Origin: a virus
DNA: 64,000 bases
Direction: 5' to 3' (one strand)
IMG/VR virus record: IMGVR_UViG_3300007276_000045
Location: 1 to 64,000 of that record
The notes beneath the pieces are model-generated. The model did not search any database. It saw only the letters and a program-made list of their open reading frames with translations, and was not told the DNA's origin. How positions within the stretch are numbered: the stretch's first letter is position 1; each line of letters begins with the position of its first letter. Positions 27,231-36,465 of the stretch are shown in pieces. The translations under genes were made by a program, and so were the position numbers.

Positions 27231-27857
27231 TTAGAAGTTTAACGTCCACTTAAAAATTAACGAGAAATCGTCTGTTTTTGTAATATTTGTAAAGGGCCTA
27301 TACGCCACCAAGTTAGATCGGTAAGTCGCATTACCCAGAGGGTTTTTCATAAACAGACCCACCTCATTTAAAGGCTCCGTTAAATCGTTACAGGAGTTTC
27401 TGTCTATGTAAAGTATATAGGTGACTGAGTTCAAATCCACTCGTTTGATTGCATTATCAGAAATAAGTGGGAATACCCAAGTATCACTGCCGTCAGAGTT
27501 GTCCTTGGGGGTACCGTCCCAGTCCATTAATTGGTGAGTCTCCACAGGCAATTTTGAATCACCGTTGGTATTGTAATCAGTGGTTCCGTTCTCCTGACCC
27601 AGCGCAGATGCTAGAAAGCTCTCGGAGACCCCGTAAGTGCTAATTTTATCATCCCCACCCACGCCTAGTTGGAAATATCTAACTTGAAAATTATCTACAG
27701 AGGTGGCACCTGACCCAGCATAAAGAAGCCCCAAACCAACTCCCATCCCAGAAGTAATGGTATTTGCTTCGTCAAAAAATAGTTCCTCATCGCCGCTCTC
27801 GTAAACTTTATAAATTTCCAAGTGGCCTGATACGTCAATAATGTCTGAGTTTTTCAT
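27231..27857 (-). CDS. Baseplate / fibre-attachment domain protein (paralog 1 of 3)
   Basis: GHLEIYK...NTITSG and EVGLF...LVAYRPF...FKWTLNF. Confidence 0.6.
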   Translation of the reverse strand: MKNSDIIDVSGHLEIYKVYESGDEELFFDEANTITSGMGVGLGLLYAGSGATSVDNFQVRYFQLGVGGDDKISTYGVSESFLASALGQENGTTDYNTNGDSKLPVETHQLMDWDGTPKDNSDGSDTWVFPLISDNAIKRVDLNSVTYILYIDRNSCNDLTEPLNEVGLFMKNPLGNATYRSNLVAYRPFTNITKTDDFSLIFKWTLNF

Positions 27858-27873
27858 AATTTACCTATTATAG

Positions 27874-28587
27874 TTATCTAATATGGAAAGGGGTTACTTT
27901 ACCTAAGCTCTCTGTATCTCCTTGAGAGAAGTGATCATCCACATTAGAATCTAGGCCCAAGAACCCTATGGACCAGTTAATAATTAAGGAGAACTCCGCA
28001 GTCTTATTTAGTGCTGCAAAGCTTCTGTATGCCATCAGAAGAGGACTCTCTTCGTAAAACCCTTTTGGATTTTTAGAAAATAGCCCTACCTCTGTAATAG
28101 CTAACCCATTGGCTGTGTTCTCATCTAAAACAATCTGAGACTCAAATGAGTCTAAGAAATTTTTAGTTACCGAACCCTTGGTAATATTTGCAAAGTAACC
28201 GTCTGCTCCACTAAAAACAACAGATGACAAGGGTGCTTTTGTTTGCTCAAGCTCCGTGTACACCCCATCCACTACACTGCTTGCATAAAAGCCTCTATAC
28301 TTTTGTGAGATAGTTAACTCTGTATCTTCCCCATACCCATCCCAGCTTACAGGAGCACAGACTTGGTACCAGAAACCAGAGGTATCAGTCGCTGCAAAGC
28401 TAGGAGCACCTGTTCCAATCTGGAAGTAGGCGGGTGAGTAGTCGGAGGGGTGCTTAGAGCCAACATCCTTTTGGATATCTAAAAAGGAGGAGCCAAGCCC
28501 CGCTGTGATCATGTTGGCACGATCAAGAACGGTTTCTTTGGTTCCATCTTTGTAGATTTTACAAATTGTTATATGTCCACTAATCAT
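27874..28587 (-). CDS. Baseplate / fibre-attachment domain protein (paralog 2 of 3)
   Basis: GHITICK...NMITAG and EVGLF...LMAYRSF...INWSIGF. Confidence 0.6.
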   Translation of the reverse strand: MISGHITICKIYKDGTKETVLDRANMITAGLGSSFLDIQKDVGSKHPSDYSPAYFQIGTGAPSFAATDTSGFWYQVCAPVSWDGYGEDTELTISQKYRGFYASSVVDGVYTELEQTKAPLSSVVFSGADGYFANITKGSVTKNFLDSFESQIVLDENTANGLAITEVGLFSKNPKGFYEESPLLMAYRSFAALNKTAEFSLIINWSIGFLGLDSNVDDHFSQGDTESLGKVTPFHIR

Positions 28588-29794
28588 GATCTGACCTAAA
28601 GTCTAATGTCCACCTAACTAAAAGAGAGGCGTGGTTTAAGAGTCCGGGAAGAGGTACAGTTCCTAAAAGCGGGACAGATGGAGACTGATCACTCGTAGCT
28701 GCCAAGTTAGACGAGAAGGTCTTCTTGGCAAAAAGTTTAAACTCTTGTTTTGTTACTCCCGATGTATCAATGTACAACGCATTATCTTGTAAGAAAGGGG
28801 CAGCGTTACTTTTCAAAGACTCTTTACAATCTAAGCCCCATAATCCCATTTGATGGAATCCTCCATACACGTTTAATGCTTGAACGTCCCATCTTGCAAT
28901 GTAGCACGCAATTGTTACACGGGGATCTTGAACAAACTCCCGTACATTTGCTGCGCCTGCTGTTGAGGAAACCATGGTATTGCCTACACCCGGTGCTGCT
29001 TGTTTGGAATAATCCACGGTAGCGAACCCTCTATAGTCCATACTACTGGCGTAATTAAATCCTCCAATCAAACTACTAAGATAAAAATAAGGTTGTTGAG
29101 TGGAACCGGGGAAATAGGAAGACGCGCAGTTTACCATTGCATTAACCGTTGGTCCTGTAAAGTCCCCATCAAAAGAGCTTACAATTACAGTCTGTGGTAC
29201 GTTCACCACAGTCACAGGTGTAGCATCTCCTGTCGGATAACCCCCTTGGAAGTAACTAGAGGGGTCACCACTAGCGAAAGCAATTCTGTTTTCTAAGTGG
29301 CCGTATGACCTAGTTCCATCCCCACTAAACATAGTGTATGCGGTGTCTTCTTTTTCGAGTCTCGTATCAAGAGGGTCTGGGTATGAGGGTAGATGATAAT
29401 TTGGAGTATAGGTTGAGACATCCCCAGCCACCTCTCTTGCGGAGTTACTCAGTAGTCGTAATGTTTTTTGTACACCAACAGCATTTAACATGTTTGAAAC
29501 ACGTTGAGAACCTGTCCCATCACACTGATCCCCCGGAGGAGTCCATGATGCACCAGATGGAAAAAAGAATCCATTCTCTTGAAACGCTCCACCCGCAGGA
29601 CCGAAAGACAAAGCTCCAAATCTCCAGTTAGAAGTGTCCATGACCCGTGGTGCTATACCCAGAGTGCTTGAGGGGACCGTCAGCATGTCCACAACAAGCT
29701 CGCCAGCACCATCCACCACAAGGTTACGAGCACTGTGTACGAGCCTCTGAGAGCCATCTGAGGCGATGGCATAAACTTCTACTTTACCCTTCAT
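28580..29794 (-). CDS. Baseplate / fibre-attachment domain protein (paralog 3 of 3)
   Basis: GKVEVYA...NLVVDG and QMGLW...LFAKKTF...VRWTLDF. Confidence 0.55.
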   Translation of the reverse strand: MKGKVEVYAIASDGSQRLVHSARNLVVDGAGELVVDMLTVPSSTLGIAPRVMDTSNWRFGALSFGPAGGAFQENGFFFPSGASWTPPGDQCDGTGSQRVSNMLNAVGVQKTLRLLSNSAREVAGDVSTYTPNYHLPSYPDPLDTRLEKEDTAYTMFSGDGTRSYGHLENRIAFASGDPSSYFQGGYPTGDATPVTVVNVPQTVIVSSFDGDFTGPTVNAMVNCASSYFPGSTQQPYFYLSSLIGGFNYASSMDYRGFATVDYSKQAAPGVGNTMVSSTAGAANVREFVQDPRVTIACYIARWDVQALNVYGGFHQMGLWGLDCKESLKSNAAPFLQDNALYIDTSGVTKQEFKLFAKKTFSSNLAATSDQSPSVPLLGTVPLPGLLNHASLLVRWTLDFRSDHD

Positions 29795-32700
29795 AAATAT
29801 CCACGCTTGAAACTTGGAAGAATCCGACAGGTGAAACTCCCCACCCTAAAGCACCGCCATCCATAATTGCCGTCTCATCCTCATACATGCCAGAGGCAGA
29901 GCGATAATTTAGGCGACTTCCACCACTAACTTCCATAACCGCAGAAGTATTGTAAGCATCTCTACTTGCTAAACCACTACTTAAAGATTTAAAGTACCTA
30001 CAAACAGATTTAAAATCTTGCACTGTTAGCTGGGCATCACCATGATCAGTTTCAATCACTGCATTATTATAGTTAGTTAGATCAACAATAGAAATCTCTT
30101 CGATAACTACAAACCTCCGCTCATCTCCGTCACGGACGAACAACTCGATTGCATACTTCTGGTCAGTCCTGTGAACGTAACCCTTAGCTTCTTCATACTC
30201 AGCAGTCGGAGGAGTTACTCCAAAATCATTATTTGTGGTAAACCTAAACTTCATCTCTTGTAGAGAGTTCTCGTTTATATTAACAATAGCTAGGGGGTTA
30301 GATCCTTCGACAATCTGAGTCTTCCCAATAGGCTCCCAACATCTATAATCATAAGTGGTCTCCAGAAGCGGCCCGTCTGCAACACTTTCTCCACGACCTA
30401 TTACGTTATCAAGATTGAATGTATCAAAAGTATTTAGTTGAACTTTATTTTCAACCCAGTTAATGCCTGCGGTGGAGTTTAAAAAGTTATTAGTTACTAT
30501 CTCCCATCTGTCAAACTCTCTACCACAGTCATCATATACACCTTGAGGATCAAAAGACCAGATATGCCCATACCCTTCATCCAAAGTATGAATCCAACAA
30601 CCAAGGCTTTGTCCTCCACATAAGTCGAAGCCTCTGGATATGTTGTGAGCTTTTACAGTTATCTCATATTCGTGATTAGGTTGTAAGAAGTTTTTTGCTT
30701 GAGTAGTATCTGAAGGGTCAATCACGATCCGAATTCTTGGGAAGGTTGACCCAGACTCACCTCGGTGATACTTGATAATTTGATTATTAATTAAGTACTT
30801 AGCGTAGGAGTACTTGCTTTGATCATCTCTAGACAACCTGAACAAGCTGAATGTTGGGTTACTAGGACCAGTGGGAACTGTCACATCCGATGATGTGTCA
30901 ACTAGCTCCACCCCACTAACAAGATGCTTATTCCTGAACTCAGGCTTAGAAAGGTATAAATCAGTGGAGTCCGAAGCGGTTACTGTGCCAACTTCATATA
31001 CACTTCCTGAAGTTCCTGAAATACTTAAGACTCCACTGCCATCAGCAAATGCGATATCAGCTTCGTATAAAGAAGAACTTGCAGACAAATACCCAGATGC
31101 ATCTAATGCTGACCCATCAGTGTCTAGGTTCGAGTTGTAGATTAGAGGGCCAAAGGAGTGTGAGAACATGTTAGGCACACCAAGGAGGTTATAATTGTTG
31201 GTTGTGCCATGCCCCCCAAAGAGACCCATGTAGTCATTGTACAGCCTATGAACTTTCCTACCAAACGTAAAGTGGTCATAGTCATGTATGCTTGTATCAG
31301 AATTATCGTTTTCAATAAGCTGGTTTGCAATTGATCTAATTACAGAATCCATTGGATCGTAAGTAGTGTTAAATTGATTAAACCAGTCTTGGAAACTAGT
31401 GGGCCTAAGCAGAGAAGACTCAGACGGCCAATCCGTATTACTAACTCCTGTCTGGGTATCGAAGCATCCTGAAACTAGAGAGCTTGCTTGTAGGTATTTT
31501 TCTAAATCATTTACACGGGTCATCATGTAAATGATTTCGGGTAGTTGCCCCCTTCTACCGTAGGTGTTACAACTAGATGTTGGAACATTCTGCTTTGCTC
31601 TAGATGCAAAAGTATTGCTTACATCATAGCCGAAGTGGGAGCTAGGGGAGGTAAGGTTTTGACAAATTTCCCAGACAGGGTGAACATCCCCTAGAAGATA
31701 ACCTATACCACAAGCTTGTGTATCTTCAACTAAAGATACCTCTTGGAAGTGTTGAGATGATGGGACAAAGCCTAGAGGCAAGTATCCTGTGGCTGACGAA
31801 TAATAACTAGTAGATAATTCTAGTGATCCGGGATTATTCCTCCCACCCCTAGTGAATAATTTACCCTCTGGTAAAAGGTTCTTAAAGCTTCTGCGTCGAA
31901 GTGAGTTTCTAGGAGCGGCTCCTCTGGCTACAAAATCAATAGCTTGGCCCGACCCAGAAACCATAATGTCATTAATGTTATTAACATCTATTCTTTTGAA
32001 GCGGTTTGGGGTTAGTCCTGCGGATAACGACAGATTAGCCATATCCACCGCGCAAGTAGCCCAGCCAGTGGTTACTGTTGAAGAACCTTCATACAGGTCA
32101 TTGAAGTTGGGTCTCCACTCTTGGCACGGATTATCAGCGATAGCATCTAGGCTGTCTGCAACACTTGATACCCCCACTAAGATCTCAGGCATAGCGTGCG
32201 CTGGGATAACTTGATTTAAGACTCGCACAACTTTGGTTAAGCCATACTTGCTTGTAGCCTCAAGAGCATCAGAGTTGAAGTTAAAGCTACTAGCATCAAA
32301 ATTAATAATAAAGTGGGAAGACTTACCGTTCCAGAGGGACAAGAGACTCACAGGGTCTGGTGTCCTTTCCGCTGTTACGTTCTTTAGAATAGTATCGTAA
32401 TTAGGTGCATACTTCTTTTCTTTTGTAAAGAATAGGAAACTGTTAATCGCGCTATCCGTATCCAAGGTTTTTACGGTGTTTACATCAATGTAATCCGTAA
32501 CTTGGTTTGCAAAACTAGTGTCTACACCATAGCATCTAAGGTAGTAATTAATCCTTTCAAGCATCCCCGACGAAATCTTCGTAGGCATGTAATACTGACG
32601 CTTCTCATACGGTGGGATGTATTGGATACCTCCTCTATATTGGAACACAAACTCTGGATCGTAGTGTAAAGTAAGCTCTTCCGACGCAGCTTCAAACTGC

Positions 32701-34343
32701 GATCCAACGAAGTATCGCACATCCCCTTCTGAGTCTACTTTAATATTATACGGCCCGATGTAAGCACCCGTGCCTTCCTCTGAACCTTCAGGCCATTGCA
32801 GTTGTGGCACTGGGAAGGGTTTACCTCCGAGGAAGAAAGAGTTTGGAAACTCCCTGACTAGATCAAACATTATCTTGTCTACCAACATCTTAATATTGGT
32901 GTTTAGATTAGCAGGATCATACTTAGTAACTCCGAACTGTTTTGCTAATTCAGGAGTGTAAGTGTCAAAGTTTTGGAATGCAGCAGAACTAGTAGCAAGG
33001 GAGTAGTAGATTAAGTCTGGAACGTAAGACTCCCAAAGCTCTTTTAAGTTCTGAGTGGGGGTACTGAATACTCCTGTAGAAAATAACGTATCAAGTAAAT
33101 ATTGGATTGACCGCTTCGTGCCTTTCATCTTATAGATGTCTACTGCGTTGCGAAGCTGTACTCGCCACTTATCAATGTCGCCTCCAATAAACTTCCAACC
33201 AATAAGTTCCCCAAGAAGTTCTAAGAATTCCTCAGGACACTTACCAATATCATAAAGAACATTAAGCTCTGCTTGTTCTGTTACTCGATCAGCGATAGCG
33301 AAAGAGATGGAGTCTACAAACCTCTTCAGTGGTCCTGCTTCTTCTACATCTGTAATCAAAACCCCATCAGCCGTAACAGAGGAGGTGTCAAAGAAGGATG
33401 TGAATGCAGACTTTACTTTGTTATCTGTGCTGTCTAGGAAGTGCGGGGAGTATACGATATCAACCAGAGTCTTCAACCGATCTACCTGTTGGGTACCGCT
33501 GGTGAATACGCCCACACTACTATCCAAGGAGGAGGTATAGCTTGCTGGGATAAGGTCATCCGTTGTCGTAAACGTAGGCTGGTTCTTCCAGAGATACTCT
33601 TGATACAGTGCTAGAGTATCTTGTAGTACGATTGATTTACCCTGCCATACTGTTTTTGCTAGAAGTTCTGGTAGAGCCGTGGAGGGGTCAAACGGAGTAG
33701 GCTTCAGCGATACTGGGGCTGGTCCTGATCTGTTTAAGAAATATACCCAACCTAAATTATTTGCTAGGTACTTATATGTTCCCGATGAATCATTAGAAAA
33801 CGCGCTAGCGGTCAGTGTGGCTAAGTTATCTGTTGCGTGGTCTCCCGCATGAACTAGAGGGATGCTAGGGAGGAGTGTTCCAGAAACGTAATCAACGAAC
33901 GCTTGGCTTGTCGCGTAGTCCTTTAGCTTTACGTTTAGAGGGGTTAGGATATTTCTTTGAAAATCATCCGAGTTAATCTGTGCTGGGTTTTGAGTTTTGT
34001 AGAAGTATCTTGCGAATCCTTGCGGGGTTCCTAGGCTAGAAAGCTCCTCATCATACGTTAGAGACGATACTGGGAATATGGTAGCTTGGTTCTTATTAGC
34101 AAGAATATGTGAGTTGATTAGCTGGTTAGGGTATGATACATGCGTCCCACTAATTGTCTGCTCATCGGAAAAATAAAACTTTGGAATAATCTTCCGAATA
34201 GCATCCGAGTAGTTTCTTTTAAAATACTGCTGCTCATCATTAGAGACTATAAGATCGTCCCTAGAAGTTACGACAGCCATGACCTCAGGTATAATCTTAC
34301 CCTGATCATCAAATCTAGATTTTTGGACGTATCTTCTTGCCAT
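29784..34343 (-). CDS. Large baseplate wedge protein (gp7 / P2 gpI-like domain)
   Basis: LYDIGKCPEEFLELLGELIGW...WRVQLRNAVDIYKMKGT and IPAHA motifs; follows the gp6-like gene. Confidence 0.75.
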   Translation of the reverse strand: MARRYVQKSRFDDQGKIIPEVMAVVTSRDDLIVSNDEQQYFKRNYSDAIRKIIPKFYFSDEQTISGTHVSYPNQLINSHILANKNQATIFPVSSLTYDEELSSLGTPQGFARYFYKTQNPAQINSDDFQRNILTPLNVKLKDYATSQAFVDYVSGTLLPSIPLVHAGDHATDNLATLTASAFSNDSSGTYKYLANNLGWVYFLNRSGPAPVSLKPTPFDPSTALPELLAKTVWQGKSIVLQDTLALYQEYLWKNQPTFTTTDDLIPASYTSSLDSSVGVFTSGTQQVDRLKTLVDIVYSPHFLDSTDNKVKSAFTSFFDTSSVTADGVLITDVEEAGPLKRFVDSISFAIADRVTEQAELNVLYDIGKCPEEFLELLGELIGWKFIGGDIDKWRVQLRNAVDIYKMKGTKRSIQYLLDTLFSTGVFSTPTQNLKELWESYVPDLIYYSLATSSAAFQNFDTYTPELAKQFGVTKYDPANLNTNIKMLVDKIMFDLVREFPNSFFLGGKPFPVPQLQWPEGSEEGTGAYIGPYNIKVDSEGDVRYFVGSQFEAASEELTLHYDPEFVFQYRGGIQYIPPYEKRQYYMPTKISSGMLERINYYLRCYGVDTSFANQVTDYIDVNTVKTLDTDSAINSFLFFTKEKKYAPNYDTILKNVTAERTPDPVSLLSLWNGKSSHFIINFDASSFNFNSDALEATSKYGLTKVVRVLNQVIPAHAMPEILVGVSSVADSLDAIADNPCQEWRPNFNDLYEGSSTVTTGWATCAVDMANLSLSAGLTPNRFKRIDVNNINDIMVSGSGQAIDFVARGAAPRNSLRRRSFKNLLPEGKLFTRGGRNNPGSLELSTSYYSSATGYLPLGFVPSSQHFQEVSLVEDTQACGIGYLLGDVHPVWEICQNLTSPSSHFGYDVSNTFASRAKQNVPTSSCNTYGRRGQLPEIIYMMTRVNDLEKYLQASSLVSGCFDTQTGVSNTDWPSESSLLRPTSFQDWFNQFNTTYDPMDSVIRSIANQLIENDNSDTSIHDYDHFTFGRKVHRLYNDYMGLFGGHGTTNNYNLLGVPNMFSHSFGPLIYNSNLDTDGSALDASGYLSASSSLYEADIAFADGSGVLSISGTSGSVYEVGTVTASDSTDLYLSKPEFRNKHLVSGVELVDTSSDVTVPTGPSNPTFSLFRLSRDDQSKYSYAKYLINNQIIKYHRGESGSTFPRIRIVIDPSDTTQAKNFLQPNHEYEITVKAHNISRGFDLCGGQSLGCWIHTLDEGYGHIWSFDPQGVYDDCGREFDRWEIVTNNFLNSTAGINWVENKVQLNTFDTFNLDNVIGRGESVADGPLLETTYDYRCWEPIGKTQIVEGSNPLAIVNINENSLQEMKFRFTTNNDFGVTPPTAEYEEAKGYVHRTDQKYAIELFVRDGDERRFVVIEEISIVDLTNYNNAVIETDHGDAQLTVQDFKSVCRYFKSLSSGLASRDAYNTSAVMEVSGGSRLNYRSASGMYEDETAIMDGGALGWGVSPVGFFQVSSVDIYEG

Positions 34344-35962
34344 TAGATTAGAACAGTGTTGATAGTAAAGTTATTTAGCTGAATAATCTCACTAAAATCG
34401 ACCTCGGTAACCTCTGGGAGATTGTCAATCGTGGAGTACCTAACACTAGGTAGTCTGAAGATCTCCCTGTTTAGCTCCGAAGCTATAAAAGGCTTACCAA
34501 AATCAGCATTATCAATATTGAAATACTCCCGAATTATCTCAGCAACCTCTTGCTCAACCTGCTGTTGGCGAGGAGATAGCTCTCTGTCAATGCGAATAGT
34601 TATAACTATATCTAAAGTTCTAATTAAGCCATCAACCACTACTACTTCATCCGTTAGCATCTTCTTAGGTTCAATCTCTTCTAACAACTCCTGCTTAAAA
34701 GTAGGAGAAGCTTTTTGCAATCTAAGATCATCTGCCTTCTCTAAAGTATACATGTCAATTACGTTGCCTGATGAAAAAGCGTCTCTAACAGCAGCAGTAG
34801 TTTTACCTACGGTTCCTTGTTTTGATCTAAACGTATTACCAATAGCAATAAAGTCCTCAAGAGTTACAACCCTATCTTGTCGTTTGAAAGTATATGGGGC
34901 GTACTTTTTAGCGTGTTCGGCAGTTTCTGCCTCTGCTCCACCCGTGGCAGGTGTTCTGTTTTCTACCGTTAAGGATGTCGCACCTCCTGATCCTGCTCGG
35001 GCTGTTGTTTCTACATTTAACACCCCTTGGTCCAAGTTTCCTCTAGATCCTCCTCCCACTCTATAGGCTACAGTAAACTCAGCACCTGCGGGTGGGGAAA
35101 TGCCAATAGCATTATCCCCAAAAAGAACAGTGGCTGCGTAGTTATCATCGTAGACCACTTGGAAAATTTTATCAGTTCCACCAGAGGCTGAGTATAACCT
35201 ATCTGCCTGAGTATAGGCTCCGTTCGCGTCTGAGTCTTCGTTTTCCGTGGTCACAAAAACTTGAACACTTCCCTCCACAATCGGAGAGTTTGTTAAACCA
35301 ATTCTTTTGTTACCTTCTAAAGTATCAAAGGTGCCTTTCTGAATAGCTATGGCACCCTCAAGCAAAGCGCAGTTCTCAAACACAGAACTAGCCCCTGTTG
35401 CCCCACCATTTGCAACTTCAGATTGTTCGAAGTTTAATTGTGCAGCAGCATTCTGAATATCCTCAATAGCATTATTTGTAATTTTGTAAAGAGTATAGTT
35501 TACAGGAGCACTATCTTCCTTAGATGTAATAGCAACTGTTCTATTAGTAGGAACAATACTCACTGGGAAATCGTTATGGTCTGAGGGGAGGGTTTGGTTG
35601 GTTAGCCTAGCCCCAGCCCCAGCAGCTAACGGACCTTTCATGTCCACGCCTACTAGCTCCAAAAGTTTCTTAAGGTTATTCCTATTTTTTACAGTTCTTA
35701 AGTAGTTCTCGTTAGCCAACATGTCCCCCTTCAAGGATAGGACACTGCCCATGTAGGAGACTACTTCAATAAGCATCATTCCTAGATCCGACTCTGAGAA
35801 GTTTTGATAATCCTCAGGGTAGACAGCCTTGATGTATGAGACGAGGTTTTCTCTAAGCGAGAAGAAGTCCGTTCCCGCGTAGTCAATATACTCAACCTTT
35901 TTTCTATCAGGGATAGAGGCGAGCTTCATAAAATCACTGTTTGCTGTTCCTGAAAAAGACAT
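34343..35962 (-). CDS. Baseplate wedge subunit (gp6 / Baseplate J-like)
   Basis: DFFSLRENL, NFSESDLG, FGDN, YRVGGGSRGN, GGAEAET, QDRVVTLEDF. Confidence 0.92.
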   Translation of the reverse strand: MSFSGTANSDFMKLASIPDRKKVEYIDYAGTDFFSLRENLVSYIKAVYPEDYQNFSESDLGMMLIEVVSYMGSVLSLKGDMLANENYLRTVKNRNNLKKLLELVGVDMKGPLAAGAGARLTNQTLPSDHNDFPVSIVPTNRTVAITSKEDSAPVNYTLYKITNNAIEDIQNAAAQLNFEQSEVANGGATGASSVFENCALLEGAIAIQKGTFDTLEGNKRIGLTNSPIVEGSVQVFVTTENEDSDANGAYTQADRLYSASGGTDKIFQVVYDDNYAATVLFGDNAIGISPPAGAEFTVAYRVGGGSRGNLDQGVLNVETTARAGSGGATSLTVENRTPATGGAEAETAEHAKKYAPYTFKRQDRVVTLEDFIAIGNTFRSKQGTVGKTTAAVRDAFSSGNVIDMYTLEKADDLRLQKASPTFKQELLEEIEPKKMLTDEVVVVDGLIRTLDIVITIRIDRELSPRQQQVEQEVAEIIREYFNIDNADFGKPFIASELNREIFRLPSVRYSTIDNLPEVTEVDFSEIIQLNNFTINTVLI

Positions 35963-36465
35963 TATCCTATAGTAACCTCAACATCAAAAATATCTAACGA
36001 CTGATCAAGTAATTGAAGTGTTAGACTAACATAAAGCTGAGATCTCTCTGCCTGAAGAGGGTCTGAGTAGACAGACAACGTGATAACATTTACAGAGCTA
36101 AAATACCTCTCTAGTGTTCTAAGAATGTCTTGCTTTATTAAATAATAAGTTGTTTGATCTAATGGCTCAAACAGGTACCTTTCTAAGTTAAGGCCATAGT
36201 CTGGTAACATGACGCGCTCGCCTTTGTTACACATAAGAAGCTGCCTTAAGTTATTTCGAATGAGTTCTCTACCAGTCTCACCAGTGAAGTATGACCCCTC
36301 ACCTGTGTTATTTTGAAGGCTGGGGGGAGCACCTGTGACCGTCTTAAACTTACCCACAAGTGGGTAACACATACCCAGCTTCTTCTTATACTTAGACTGT
36401 ACCTTTCTTTTTACAGAAAGGCTGGGTTCAGCACCATATAAATTATTTGAAGTAGTAGTAGCCAT
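35962..36465 (-). CDS. Baseplate wedge subunit (gp25-like)
   Basis: IRNNLRQLL...KGERVMLPDYG...LFEPLD. Confidence 0.9.
   Translation of the reverse strand: MATTTSNNLYGAEPSLSVKRKVQSKYKKKLGMCYPLVGKFKTVTGAPPSLQNNTGEGSYFTGETGRELIRNNLRQLLMCNKGERVMLPDYGLNLERYLFEPLDQTTYYLIKQDILRTLERYFSSVNVITLSVYSDPLQAERSQLYVSLTLQLLDQSLDIFDVEVTIG

Noticed and set aside
34422-35066. 214-aa plus-strand ORF, and similar long antisense ORFs at 46512-46970, 54620-55183 and 55631-56173
   Set aside because: Codon-aligned shadows of well-supported minus-strand genes; no motifs or ribosome-binding sites; the 54620 ORF only mirrors the repeats
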